A DNA stretch of 64,000 nucleotides. Source: a virus (lineage: Duplodnaviria; Caudoviricetes). The stretch lies in the IMG/VR virus record IMGVR_UViG_3300025018_000138, positions 10,816 to 74,815 of that record; one strand, given 5' to 3'. Shown one piece after another: positions 27,833 to 35,134 of the stretch. Position 1 is the first letter of the stretch, and the number at the start of each line of letters is the position of its first letter. The notes beneath the pieces were generated by a model, which had not been told where the DNA came from, searched no databases, and was given only the letters and a program-made list of their open reading frames with translations. A program made the position numbers and the translations under genes.

Positions 27833-27905
27833 TACTCCTACAAGGAATCGAACCTTGATTTTTCTCCGTAGAAGGGAGATATTTTACCATTAAAATATAA
27901 GGAAA
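27833..27905 (-). tRNA. degenerate tRNA, anticodon TCT (Arg-like)
   Basis: TCTCC-CTTCTAC-GGAGA, good T arm, imperfect acceptor. Confidence 0.5.
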
Positions 27906-27910
27906 TATTG

Positions 27911-27983
27911 TACGTCTGATGGGGTTCGAACCCATGACTTATAGTTTAAAAGACTATTACTCTACCAACTGAGTTACAGACGT
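27911..27983 (-). tRNA. tRNA-Lys(TTT)
   Basis: ATAGT-CTTTTAA-ACTAT. Confidence 0.92.
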
Positions 27984-27994
27984 ATATTTTATTG

Positions 27995-28065
27995 TAGGAG
28001 TACAAGTAATCGAAACTTGATATATTGGATGTAAACCAATCGCTTTACCATTAAGCTATACTCCC
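27995..28065 (-). tRNA. tRNA-Val(TAC)
   Basis: ATTGG-TTTACAT-CCAAT. Confidence 0.88.
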
Positions 28066-28070
28066 AAGTC

Positions 28071-28101
28071 GAAAACTCAGAACCACATATTCTGAGTTTT
28101 C
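28071..28101. terminator. hairpin GAAAACTCAGAA/TTCTGAGTTTTC
   Basis: 12-bp perfect inverted repeat. Confidence 0.5.
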
Positions 28102-28513
28102 ATGTAGTATTTATTCGATTTGATTTAATTGTATATTTTTCATCTTAGATTATTTATGTGATAATTGACCAAGAGTCTAAGATTAGTATTGATAAATTTT
28201 TTTTGATATATTTTTTGACATATATTCTTATTTATTTTATCTACTAAGTATAAATCTGAGCCATTCTATTTACTTGGAATAGATTACTTCGTCAGAAAGA
28301 AGTATCACCAAAATGCTTATATACCAATCGCATATGGTTTAAAGATTAACTCATGTGTTTATGCAGAAACCATGTGCATCTTTTGGCACATGTAGAGTTG
28401 TGATTTCAGTCACTCTAAAATCTGAAATTTCATCTGTATGCTTTCTTAAATACTAGTCACTGAAGACCATCGATACTATGTGTTCACGATTTTAATAATA
28501 CAAATTACTTTTG

Positions 28514-28585
28514 CACTACGGGGGAATTTCGAAATCCCATGACAAGTTTTGGAGACCTGCATATTAGCCTTTATATGACCGCAGT
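28514..28585 (-). tRNA. tRNA-Trp(CCA)
   Basis: CAGGT-CTCCAAA-ACTTG; G73. Confidence 0.85.
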
Positions 28586-28801
28586 ATAAATGATACTTTT
28601 AGTATAATCAAAACATATCAGTATCCCACATGAACTGTTTTTCATTTACAAGGAGTAGCAATTTACTACACATCTACCTTTTTAGTACATTAACGTGTAC
28701 TACTTCGGAACAGTCCATAACGTTGATGTACAAAACGCTAACTCTTATCGTAAGTCAGAAACGCCATTTTAGCTATAGTTCAAATGGTAACACATTGGAT
28801 G

Positions 28802-28873
28802 TATCGCATACGAGAATCGAACTCGTGTCTCTACCTTGAAAGGGTAATGACTTAACCATTTGTCCAATGCGAC
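28802..28873 (-). tRNA. tRNA-Glu(TTC)
   Basis: TTACC-CTTTCAA-GGTAG. Confidence 0.9.
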
Positions 28874-28886
28874 ATATAAAAATATA

Positions 28887-29010
28887 AAGAAATATCAAAA
28901 CAGAATTTTTAGCGCTCTACCATTGAGCTACATGTCCCCATAAGGGACATGGTTGGACTCGAACCAACAACCACTCGTTTCAATACGATGAAACTGTTTT
29001 TGTCACTATT
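28887..29010 (-). ncRNA. YrlA-type Y RNA (element 2; circularly permuted tRNA mimic)
   Basis: order T arm, then closed acceptor hairpin CATGTCCC/GGGACATG, then D arm GCTC-AATGGTA-GAGC, inside the outer AAACAG/CTGTTT stem. Confidence 0.85.
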
Positions 29011-29020
29011 ATATTTTTTG

Positions 29021-29092
29021 CTCCCCAAGTAGGACTCGAACCTACAACCTATTGGTTAACAGCCAATTACTCTGCCATTGAGTTATTGAGGA
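29021..29092 (-). tRNA. tRNA-Asn(GTT)
   Basis: ATTGG-CTGTTAA-CCAAT. Confidence 0.92.
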
Positions 29093-29101
29093 ATATATAT
29101 G

Positions 29102-29174
29102 CGATGTTGATGGGATTCAAACCCACATAATCTTCGCTGACAACGAAGTGCATTAGTCATTATGCTACAACATC
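29102..29174 (-). tRNA. tRNA-Asp(GTC)
   Basis: CTTCG-TTGTCAG-CGAAG. Confidence 0.85.
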
Positions 29175-29810
29175 ATTATGTTCATGTTTTTCGTAGAATT
29201 TTATCCATTTTCTTATAGAATTATCTGAAACTCCATATTTTCTACCTGTAGCACTAAATCCTAATGATTTTGTGTCTTGTATTAATATTTCATATGGTGG
29301 TCTGTTTCTTTTTCTATCTTTTTTTAATATTTCAATATTTATTTTTTTTTCTTTGAATGGGTTATTATTTTCATAATCATTTAAATAATTTATTTTAAAT
29401 TTTTCTTCATTTACTCTAATTGCTGTTTTATTTTCAATATCAGATGTAGATAAGAAAAAAATACCACCGCTTTTTACTACAATAATAATATAATCTATTT
29501 TATTTTTATCAAAATATTTTCGTGTATTATTATATTTATTACCACCGCTAGTTGCAAGTGTTACTATCCAATTATTATTTTTATAAACACTTGTTGATTT
29601 GACTTGAACTTTTAGTAAGCAATTATCTTTTTCAATAATAAAATCATACGATTGATTTTCGTTTAATGGTTTAGATACTGTGTATCCTTCTTTTATTAAG
29701 AAAGCTAAAGCGTATGCTTCACCAACATTACCTTTATCTTTTTGGGTTTTACAATTTTCAAATATATTCATGATATTAATTATAATATATTTTATATTTT
29801 TGAACCCCAA
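29160..29810 (-). CDS. free-standing PD-(D/E)XK homing endonuclease (I-Ssp6803I/PDDEXK_5-like) with C-terminal HTH
   Basis: KGNVGE, YDFIIEKD, KVQVKS; C-terminal GRKYGVSDNSIRKW. Confidence 0.85.
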   Translation of the reverse strand: MGFKNIKYIIINIMNIFENCKTQKDKGNVGEAYALAFLIKEGYTVSKPLNENQSYDFIIEKDNCLLKVQVKSTSVYKNNNWIVTLATSGGNKYNNTRKYFDKNKIDYIIIVVKSGGIFFLSTSDIENKTAIRVNEEKFKINYLNDYENNNPFKEKKINIEILKKDRKRNRPPYEILIQDTKSLGFSATGRKYGVSDNSIRKWIKFYEKHEHNDVVA

Positions 29811-29832
29811 AAATAAAATAAAATAATTTTTG

Positions 29833-29919
29833 TGCGGTTCGAAAGATTCGAACTTTACGCCACCAACCCCACTTAGTTTTTGACAACAGTTTTACAGACT
29901 GCCGTGGGGAACGAACCGC
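29833..29919 (-). ncRNA. rearranged tRNA-like RNA, anticodon GTA (Tyr)
   Basis: acceptor GCGGTTC/GAACCGC, CCCCAC/GTGGGG stem enclosing GCAGT-CTGTAAA-ACTGT, TTGG loop, T arm TTCGAAT. Confidence 0.75.
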
Positions 29920-29929
29920 AAATAAAAAC

Positions 29930-30072
29930 AAAGAAATTTATAATCAGTTGACCAACATTTCAACCCCCGTACTAATACTAATTATATTAACATTAGTACG
30001 GGGGGCAGGAATTGAACCTACGTTATAGCAAAGCATGATTTTGTACGAAGTATCTGATTTATTACGCTATTG
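29930..30072 (-). ncRNA. YrlA-type Y RNA (element 3; extended 13-bp acceptor hairpin)
   Basis: AATCAG-ATACTTCG; T arm GTAGG-TTCAATT-CCTGC; CCCCCGTACTAAT hairpin; D-like TTGA/TCAA. Confidence 0.75.
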
Positions 30073-30078
30073 TTTTTG

Positions 30079-30150
30079 TGCAGGATAAGGGATTCGAACC
30101 CTTATAGCAAGTGTGGAAAACTTGAAGATTAACCATTATCGTAATCCTGC
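30079..30150 (-). tRNA. tRNA-Gly(TCC)
   Basis: CAAGT-TTTCCAC-ACTTG. Confidence 0.85.
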
Positions 30151-30162
30151 AAAGAATTAATC

Positions 30163-30238
30163 AAAGAAATTTTAAATGAGCGTGTTTGTAGATGTTATGT
30201 TGTAGATAATTTACGATGAAACTCATTAAGTGCTATTG
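30163..30238 (-). ncRNA. Y-RNA-like element 4 (minimal, 76 nt)
   Basis: TAGC..AATGAG-TTTCATCG ... CTCATT..TTTCTTT. Confidence 0.6.
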
Positions 30239-30246
30239 ATTAAGTG

Positions 30247-30321
30247 TACCCATAGATGGATTTGAACCATCGCATAACTGCGTATCAGACAGTTGCCTTA
30301 ACCAAGCTTGGCTATATGGGC
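30247..30321 (-). tRNA. tRNA-Ile(GAT)
   Basis: ACTGT-CTGATAC-GCAGT. Confidence 0.9.
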
Positions 30322-30334
30322 ATAATAAAATAAA

Positions 30335-30454
30335 AGGAGAAATATAAAAAGTGTGTTCCTCTTACGAGGTCGAGTGGAATTGAACCACTGAAGTTTATTT
30401 TCAAGATAAATGCCCAACCATTGAGCTACGATGTAACACTTTTAAACGCTACCT
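30335..30454 (-). ncRNA. Y-RNA-like element 5 containing a non-permuted tRNA body (anticodon TGA)
   Basis: AAAGTGT-TACATCG, then D arm, anticodon arm, T arm, GNRA hairpin, ACACTTT..TTTCTCC. Confidence 0.75.
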
Positions 30455-30460
30455 TTTTTG

Positions 30461-30533
30461 AGCTTTCATTGGGAATCGAACCCACTTCCTCGCTTTACAA
30501 GAGCGAACATCATCCAATAAATGTTTTGAAAGC
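30461..30533 (-). tRNA. tRNA-Thr(TGT)
   Basis: TCGCT-CTTGTAA-AGCGA. Confidence 0.85.
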
Positions 30534-30937
30534 TATTTTCTAGTTGTTCTAGAAGATTTTCTATTATTTATATTTTTGTACGTTTTGGTTAAAGAGTGAC
30601 AATTCGGACATAATAATCTTAGATTTTCTCGCAAATTATTTTTAGCATCTCCATCTATATGGTCAATCTCTAATGGTATATTACCCGTAAATTCATTTAT
30701 TTGTGACCAACCACATAATGAACATTTATTATCATTTTCTTCTAATAAAAATTTTCTTATCCAATTAGGAATGGTCAATCCATTACCACGTAGATAATTT
30801 TTACCATTTAACCACATATTAATACGTTGATTCATTTGAAATTCTTGTTGACATTTATTATTACAAAAAATGTTATTATTAACAATTTCATTATTACAAA
30901 ATTTACAAGTTTTTTCCTTTTTTTCTCTTTTTCTCAT
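30533..30937 (-). CDS. free-standing HNH homing endonuclease
   Basis: CSLCGW, LEIDHIDG, NLRLLCPNCHS; N-terminal Cys-rich zinc motif. Confidence 0.9.
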   Translation of the reverse strand: MRKREKKEKTCKFCNNEIVNNNIFCNNKCQQEFQMNQRINMWLNGKNYLRGNGLTIPNWIRKFLLEENDNKCSLCGWSQINEFTGNIPLEIDHIDGDAKNNLRENLRLLCPNCHSLTKTYKNINNRKSSRTTRK

Positions 30938-30998
30938 CGGTCAACCATTTTTATATATAATTATATGGTTTTCCAAAAAAATAAAAATTATATTATTG

Positions 30999-31073
30999 GG
31001 TGTCAGGTGGGACTTGAACCCACAAGGTACTAGAGTCACAATCTAGCGCATCTACCAATTCTGCTACAGACAC
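30999..31073 (-). tRNA. tRNA-His(GTG)
   Basis: CTAGA-TTGTGAC-TCTAG. Confidence 0.88.
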
Positions 31074-31193
31074 ATGTAAGTATTTAATAAATATATTAAG
31101 GATTCTGATACATACATAATTCAACACGTTACTACAATCCTTTTCACAGAGTTAGCAATGTATACATTACAGTATTTATTAGTGATACTTTAG

Positions 31194-31265
31194 TGAAGTC
31201 TATAGGAATCGAACCTATACTCATGGGGCTTCAACCCATCGCTCTACCAATTGAGCTAAGACTCC
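31194..31265 (-). tRNA. tRNA-Phe(GAA)
   Basis: ATGGG-TTGAAGC-CCCAT. Confidence 0.9.
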
Positions 31266-31268
31266 AAG

Positions 31269-31363
31269 TGCTTATGGCAAGAATCTCACTAGGAGTCTTG
31301 CACGAACTATTAATCGTTCTCATACCTTGTTAGGTATTTAGTGTCTAATTCCACCACATAAGC
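31269..31363 (-). tRNA. aberrant class II (Leu-like) tRNA with expanded T loop
   Basis: acceptor GCTTATG/CATAAGC, D arm, V arm, T stem GCAAG/CTTGC around a 15-nt loop; irregular anticodon loop. Confidence 0.5.
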
Positions 31364-31366
31364 TTG

Positions 31367-31439
31367 TGGAGACTGAGATAATCGAAATCTCCCAAACGGT
31401 ATGCAAAACCGTTTCGCCAACCTTGGTACATTAGCCCCC
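31367..31439 (-). tRNA. tRNA-Ala(TGC)
   Basis: G3-U70, ACGGT-TTTGCAT-ACCGT. Confidence 0.85.
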
Positions 31440-31538
31440 TTTTTCTCAAGAGTTTACCAACCATTTTGGTTTTACTCTCGATTGCAAATAGTAAAAAAAT
31501 ACGTCAATGAACTGTTAGAAAGGTAAGAAGTTTTTTTA

Positions 31539-31694
31539 TTAAAAGTCAACAGATAATCTGCATTTATTTTTATTTGCTTCTTTTTTCTTGTCTACTACAA
31601 CTTTAGGAGTAAATCTCCCATCGAAATAACCGACAGATTTTAGTTGTTCTCTAAAACCTTTTGTCTTCTTGTATGTAGTAGTATTTGTTTTCAT
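31539..31694 (-). CDS. small basic protein (51 aa)
   Basis: MKTNTTTYKKTKGFREQLKSVGYFDGRFTPKVVVDKKKEANKNKCRLSVDF; below the ORF-track cutoff. Confidence 0.5.
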   Translation of the reverse strand: MKTNTTTYKKTKGFREQLKSVGYFDGRFTPKVVVDKKKEANKNKCRLSVDF

Positions 31695-31740
31695 GATTAT
31701 AAGATATGAAGTTATTTATTAAATATCAAGTGTTATAAAT

Positions 31741-31775
31741 AAAAAAGTCCAAATTTTTTTAGGGTTTGGACTTTT
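31741..31775 (-). terminator. terminator hairpin ahead of tRNA cluster 2
   Basis: AAAGTCCAAA/TTTGGACTTT followed by T-run. Confidence 0.75.
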
Positions 31776-31810
31776 ACAACTAATAATCTGCGATACCTCA
31801 ACCAAACCTA

Positions 31811-31894
31811 TTAGATATTCACCCCCTTCACAAAACCATAATGGTTGGTTGAATCGGTGTTATTATCCCAAATAAATGTTGTAGTTGTTTTCAT
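31811..31894 (-). CDS. putative 27-aa leader peptide MKTTTTFIWDNNTDSTNHYGFVKGVNI
   Basis: short ORF directly upstream of the terminator. Confidence 0.35.
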   Translation of the reverse strand: MKTTTTFIWDNNTDSTNHYGFVKGVNI

Positions 31895-31903
31895 GATTAG
31901 TAA

Positions 31904-32770
31904 TTATAGTATTTTTTTATTAAAATCAAAAAAATCTTCAAAATTTTCAAAAATAATTTCTTTTTTAATATCATCATATACAATAAACTCAGTTGGATAC
32001 ATAAATAATGAAGTATCAGACATTATTAATGAAGGATTTAAATAATATGGTGAATGTAATGGGAGACCATGTATATTACTAGTATGCCCGAATATTTGTA
32101 TAATATTCTTATTTGTCGCAGTAGGAACAGTAATTTCTGATGGTCTCAGCCAAAAAATTCCTCCACACGATTTATATCCACCCGATATATATCCAATGTC
32201 AAATAACGATTTAACTTCCGAATTTCTATTACCACTTGATAATACATATAGATACATATCATTTGTTAATGGTTTTAATGTTTCATTAATATCATCGATA
32301 GTAATTTCTTCAAATGGTATATGTTTAGTATTAGGGAGTTGTTTAAATATATCCCCATCTAATCCTGCATGAGTACATAAAAGATTATCGATTGAATGAT
32401 AAAATTTTAAAATCTTTTTATCCATCATTTTTTCATAATATGGATAAAACGAAAATCCTGCACCTGCACTATACCCAGAACATTGAAATGGATTTTCCAC
32501 ATGTGGTTTAATCATATATTGTAAATCGTGATTACCGATTAGATATGTCATCTTTTCGGGTTCATATTCATACATCATAGTTTTTAATAACTCTTGTTGC
32601 TTTTTTCTACCAAACTCAGGGTTATGATTATTCCCCCAAGTCACTTGTCTATTATCTACATAATCGCCTAAAAATACTACTTTATAGTCATCAGTTGATT
32701 TTATAAATTTATTAACTTTGTTAAATAAATTTATATTACCGTGTAAATCACCAAATATTATATGTTTCAT
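31904..32770 (-). CDS. calcineurin-like metallophosphoesterase
   Basis: GDLHG, GDYVD, GNHD, THAG, FGHT. Confidence 0.9.
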   Translation of the reverse strand: MKHIIFGDLHGNINLFNKVNKFIKSTDDYKVVFLGDYVDNRQVTWGNNHNPEFGRKKQQELLKTMMYEYEPEKMTYLIGNHDLQYMIKPHVENPFQCSGYSAGAGFSFYPYYEKMMDKKILKFYHSIDNLLCTHAGLDGDIFKQLPNTKHIPFEEITIDDINETLKPLTNDMYLYVLSSGNRNSEVKSLFDIGYISGGYKSCGGIFWLRPSEITVPTATNKNIIQIFGHTSNIHGLPLHSPYYLNPSLIMSDTSLFMYPTEFIVYDDIKKEIIFENFEDFFDFNKKIL

Positions 32771-33309
32771 TATTTTTTACTTATATCAGTTTGATAGTAT
32801 ACTTTTCCGTGATGAAAAGTTTCTATATAGTCAATAGCTTTAAATATCAATAGTTTCCTTTCATCTTCGGTTGTTCGGGAAAACAATAATACCATATTAT
32901 CATATATGACAAATTTTTTCATGTAGTTATTAAGTTTACCCAATTTTCTGAGTAAATCTTCTTGTTTACTTACACGCATTCTATCCAATATTGCATACCG
33001 CATGTGTTCTTCAATCATCATCAATACATCACGTTTGATGTTAATTGGTATGAATTTTTTAGCATATTTTAATGATGCTTTTTCATGTCCAAATGCAGTA
33101 GGAGTTCCATCTTCCTTATATTTCAAAGTATCAATTTTACCAAAATCGTGAAATAATGCCGTGTACAATAGTTCATCGGGTTCATTATTTTCTAATGCTT
33201 GACCCAATACTAATAGAGTATGGGTTAATACATCACCTTCGGGATGATAATCCTTACGTTGGGGAGTATTCTGTAATTGTTTGAGTAAGTTTGTTAAGTC
33301 CATAATCAA
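32770..33309 (-). CDS. HD-domain phosphohydrolase (resembles HD domain of long CCA enzymes)
   Basis: HPEGDVLTHT, HDFGK, GHE, EHM. Confidence 0.85.
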   Translation of the reverse strand: MIMDLTNLLKQLQNTPQRKDYHPEGDVLTHTLLVLGQALENNEPDELLYTALFHDFGKIDTLKYKEDGTPTAFGHEKASLKYAKKFIPINIKRDVLMMIEEHMRYAILDRMRVSKQEDLLRKLGKLNNYMKKFVIYDNMVLLFSRTTEDERKLLIFKAIDYIETFHHGKVYYQTDISKK

Positions 33310-33337
33310 ATATATGAAGTATTACAGTATAATCAAA
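33307..33337 (-). promoter_or_regulatory. Bacteroidota-type promoter (consensus match)
   Basis: TTTG-N19-TATATTTG. Confidence 0.6.
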
Positions 33338-33343
33338 ATAAAC

Positions 33344-34048
33344 TTAAATTTTATTTTTATACTTTTTGGAAAACTCAGCATAAGTCATTTCTTCTTCAGT
33401 ATGAACTACCTTTTTAACACCTGATAATTTTTTAATATTGATGCTTTGTCCTTCATCACTTGGTAATAGATATCCATCGACATTAAGACTAAAGCTATGT
33501 CTTATTAAACGCTCTTGACCCATATTAGCGACAGATGATGCATTAGTAATATTCGGATAGGTCACACGAAGATAGTACCCATCGATAGACCAATATTTTG
33601 ATTCATTAAGTATGAATTGCTCTATGTTCTTATCATTATGTTTAACATAATTTGATACTATATCTACGGTATAATTAGCAGTGATTTTAACAGGTAATCG
33701 TGGTAATACATATTGAACGTTTTCATTATCTTCGAATGAAGGAGTATTATATTTCAATAGTTCATAACGCAATAAATCATTGGGGAGCCAATGTGGAAAA
33801 CGATTCTTTTCAATTTCCAATGAGTCTCTGTTTAATAATATTAGAGGAAGAATATATAATTCACCCGATTGGTCTTTCTCCTCATCATTTTTCAATAATT
33901 TAGCCCAACGTTCTTGGTTCTTAAAATCTACTCTAGTTTTAGTACCATCTGTAAATGTTGTAGCAATATGATTTTCTATATAGGTTTTAATTGCTAAATC
34001 TATATCAATTAGTTCAATGTCTACATTTGTATTAATAAAATCGCTCAT
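33344..34048 (-). CDS. putative virion tail-completion/terminator-like protein
   Basis: DIDLAIK..ERW..LPLILLNR pattern reminiscent of jumbo-phage neck/tail proteins; tentative. Confidence 0.4.
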   Translation of the reverse strand: MSDFINTNVDIELIDIDLAIKTYIENHIATTFTDGTKTRVDFKNQERWAKLLKNDEEKDQSGELYILPLILLNRDSLEIEKNRFPHWLPNDLLRYELLKYNTPSFEDNENVQYVLPRLPVKITANYTVDIVSNYVKHNDKNIEQFILNESKYWSIDGYYLRVTYPNITNASSVANMGQERLIRHSFSLNVDGYLLPSDEGQSINIKKLSGVKKVVHTEEEMTYAEFSKKYKNKI

Positions 34049-34067
34049 ACTATTAAGTATAGATTAT

Positions 34068-34757
34068 TTATAATTTAAGTATTGCTATTGTAGTTATCAT
34101 ACCCGTTGATAATCCAACCCAAAACCAATAAAAAGACTTTTTTTGTTTCAAGGTTGTTTTATTCGTTATATTTAATTCTACAAAATCTGTTGATGAAATA
34201 TATGAGATTACAGTAGATTGGTCATCGGATACTGTTGAAGTAATTTGTATATTTATATCTCGCAATTGTACCAAATCTATTTCATTAGTCATAGTATTAT
34301 CTTTTATATCAACTTTAGAATTTACCATTATCAAACTATCACCAAATGTATTCGATGTAGTTATTGTGGTATCTGTAATTTTATTATTAATTATTTCTAA
34401 ATCTCTTTTTACCAATGGTAATGAATCTGCTATTGTAAATCCATCTAAAAATTTTAATGAATCAATTGTTTTTTTTAAATTATCATTGTTTAATCGCAAT
34501 CTACCTGTTAAGTTAGATAAAGAAAATATTTTCATATCACTATCTTTAATCTTTTGGACAAATTCTTTCGATAAGTCTTTATATAAATTTTGTTGAGTTT
34601 CATATTGTGCAACAGATACCCATTTGGTTGAATCAATTTGTTCAGTTTTTACTTCATATGTCATACGAGGGAAATATTTTGTAGTGATGTGCCAACTGAA
34701 TACCGTTATAAAAATAGACCAAGCAAAAAAAATAGTTAAAAGTATACGTTTGTTCAT
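34068..34757 (-). CDS. membrane protein with N- and C-terminal TM helices (possibly spanin-like)
   Basis: hydrophobic termini with a coiled-coil/beta middle. Confidence 0.4.
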   Translation of the reverse strand: MNKRILLTIFFAWSIFITVFSWHITTKYFPRMTYEVKTEQIDSTKWVSVAQYETQQNLYKDLSKEFVQKIKDSDMKIFSLSNLTGRLRLNNDNLKKTIDSLKFLDGFTIADSLPLVKRDLEIINNKITDTTITTSNTFGDSLIMVNSKVDIKDNTMTNEIDLVQLRDINIQITSTVSDDQSTVISYISSTDFVELNITNKTTLKQKKSFYWFWVGLSTGMITTIAILKL

Positions 34758-34832
34758 AATATTATAATTTAAAATAAAAAAGCCACTGCTTATTACAACA
34801 GTAGCTTTAATTATAAATTATATTTTTTATTG

Positions 34833-35060
34833 TTAAAAAAATCTTGATATAAGTAAATTAAATCGAAATATAAGTTTTCCTAAATCTGTTTTGATATTAG
34901 AATCTTTTTCGATTAATTCTTTAATTACGAAATACCACCATGCGATAATTGATACCATAGCGATACCAACGAAATGTTCTTTATTTTTATTACCCCACGT
35001 TTTCACATTCACGTATAAAAAAAATAAAAAAGCACATATTAAGTATAGATTGAGTAACAT
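34833..35060 (-). CDS. small membrane protein
   Basis: two hydrophobic segments. Confidence 0.5.
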   Translation of the reverse strand: MLLNLYLICAFLFFLYVNVKTWGNKNKEHFVGIAMVSIIAWWYFVIKELIEKDSNIKTDLGKLIFRFNLLISRFF

Positions 35061-35097
35061 AGGAGTTAAAATTAGTTGTTAATTGTTTAGTGGATAT

Positions 35098-35128
35098 TAA
35101 ATATACGAAAATTTTATTTTTTATCAAA
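35098..35128 (-). promoter_or_regulatory. Bacteroidota-type promoter
   Basis: TTTG-N19-TATATTTA. Confidence 0.5.
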
Positions 35129-35134
35129 AAAAAA

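Noticed and set aside
29102-29919. Group I intron around the PDDEXK_5 endonuclease
   Set aside because: The flanking tRNA-Asp and Tyr-like RNA are each complete, and there is no room for an intron core.
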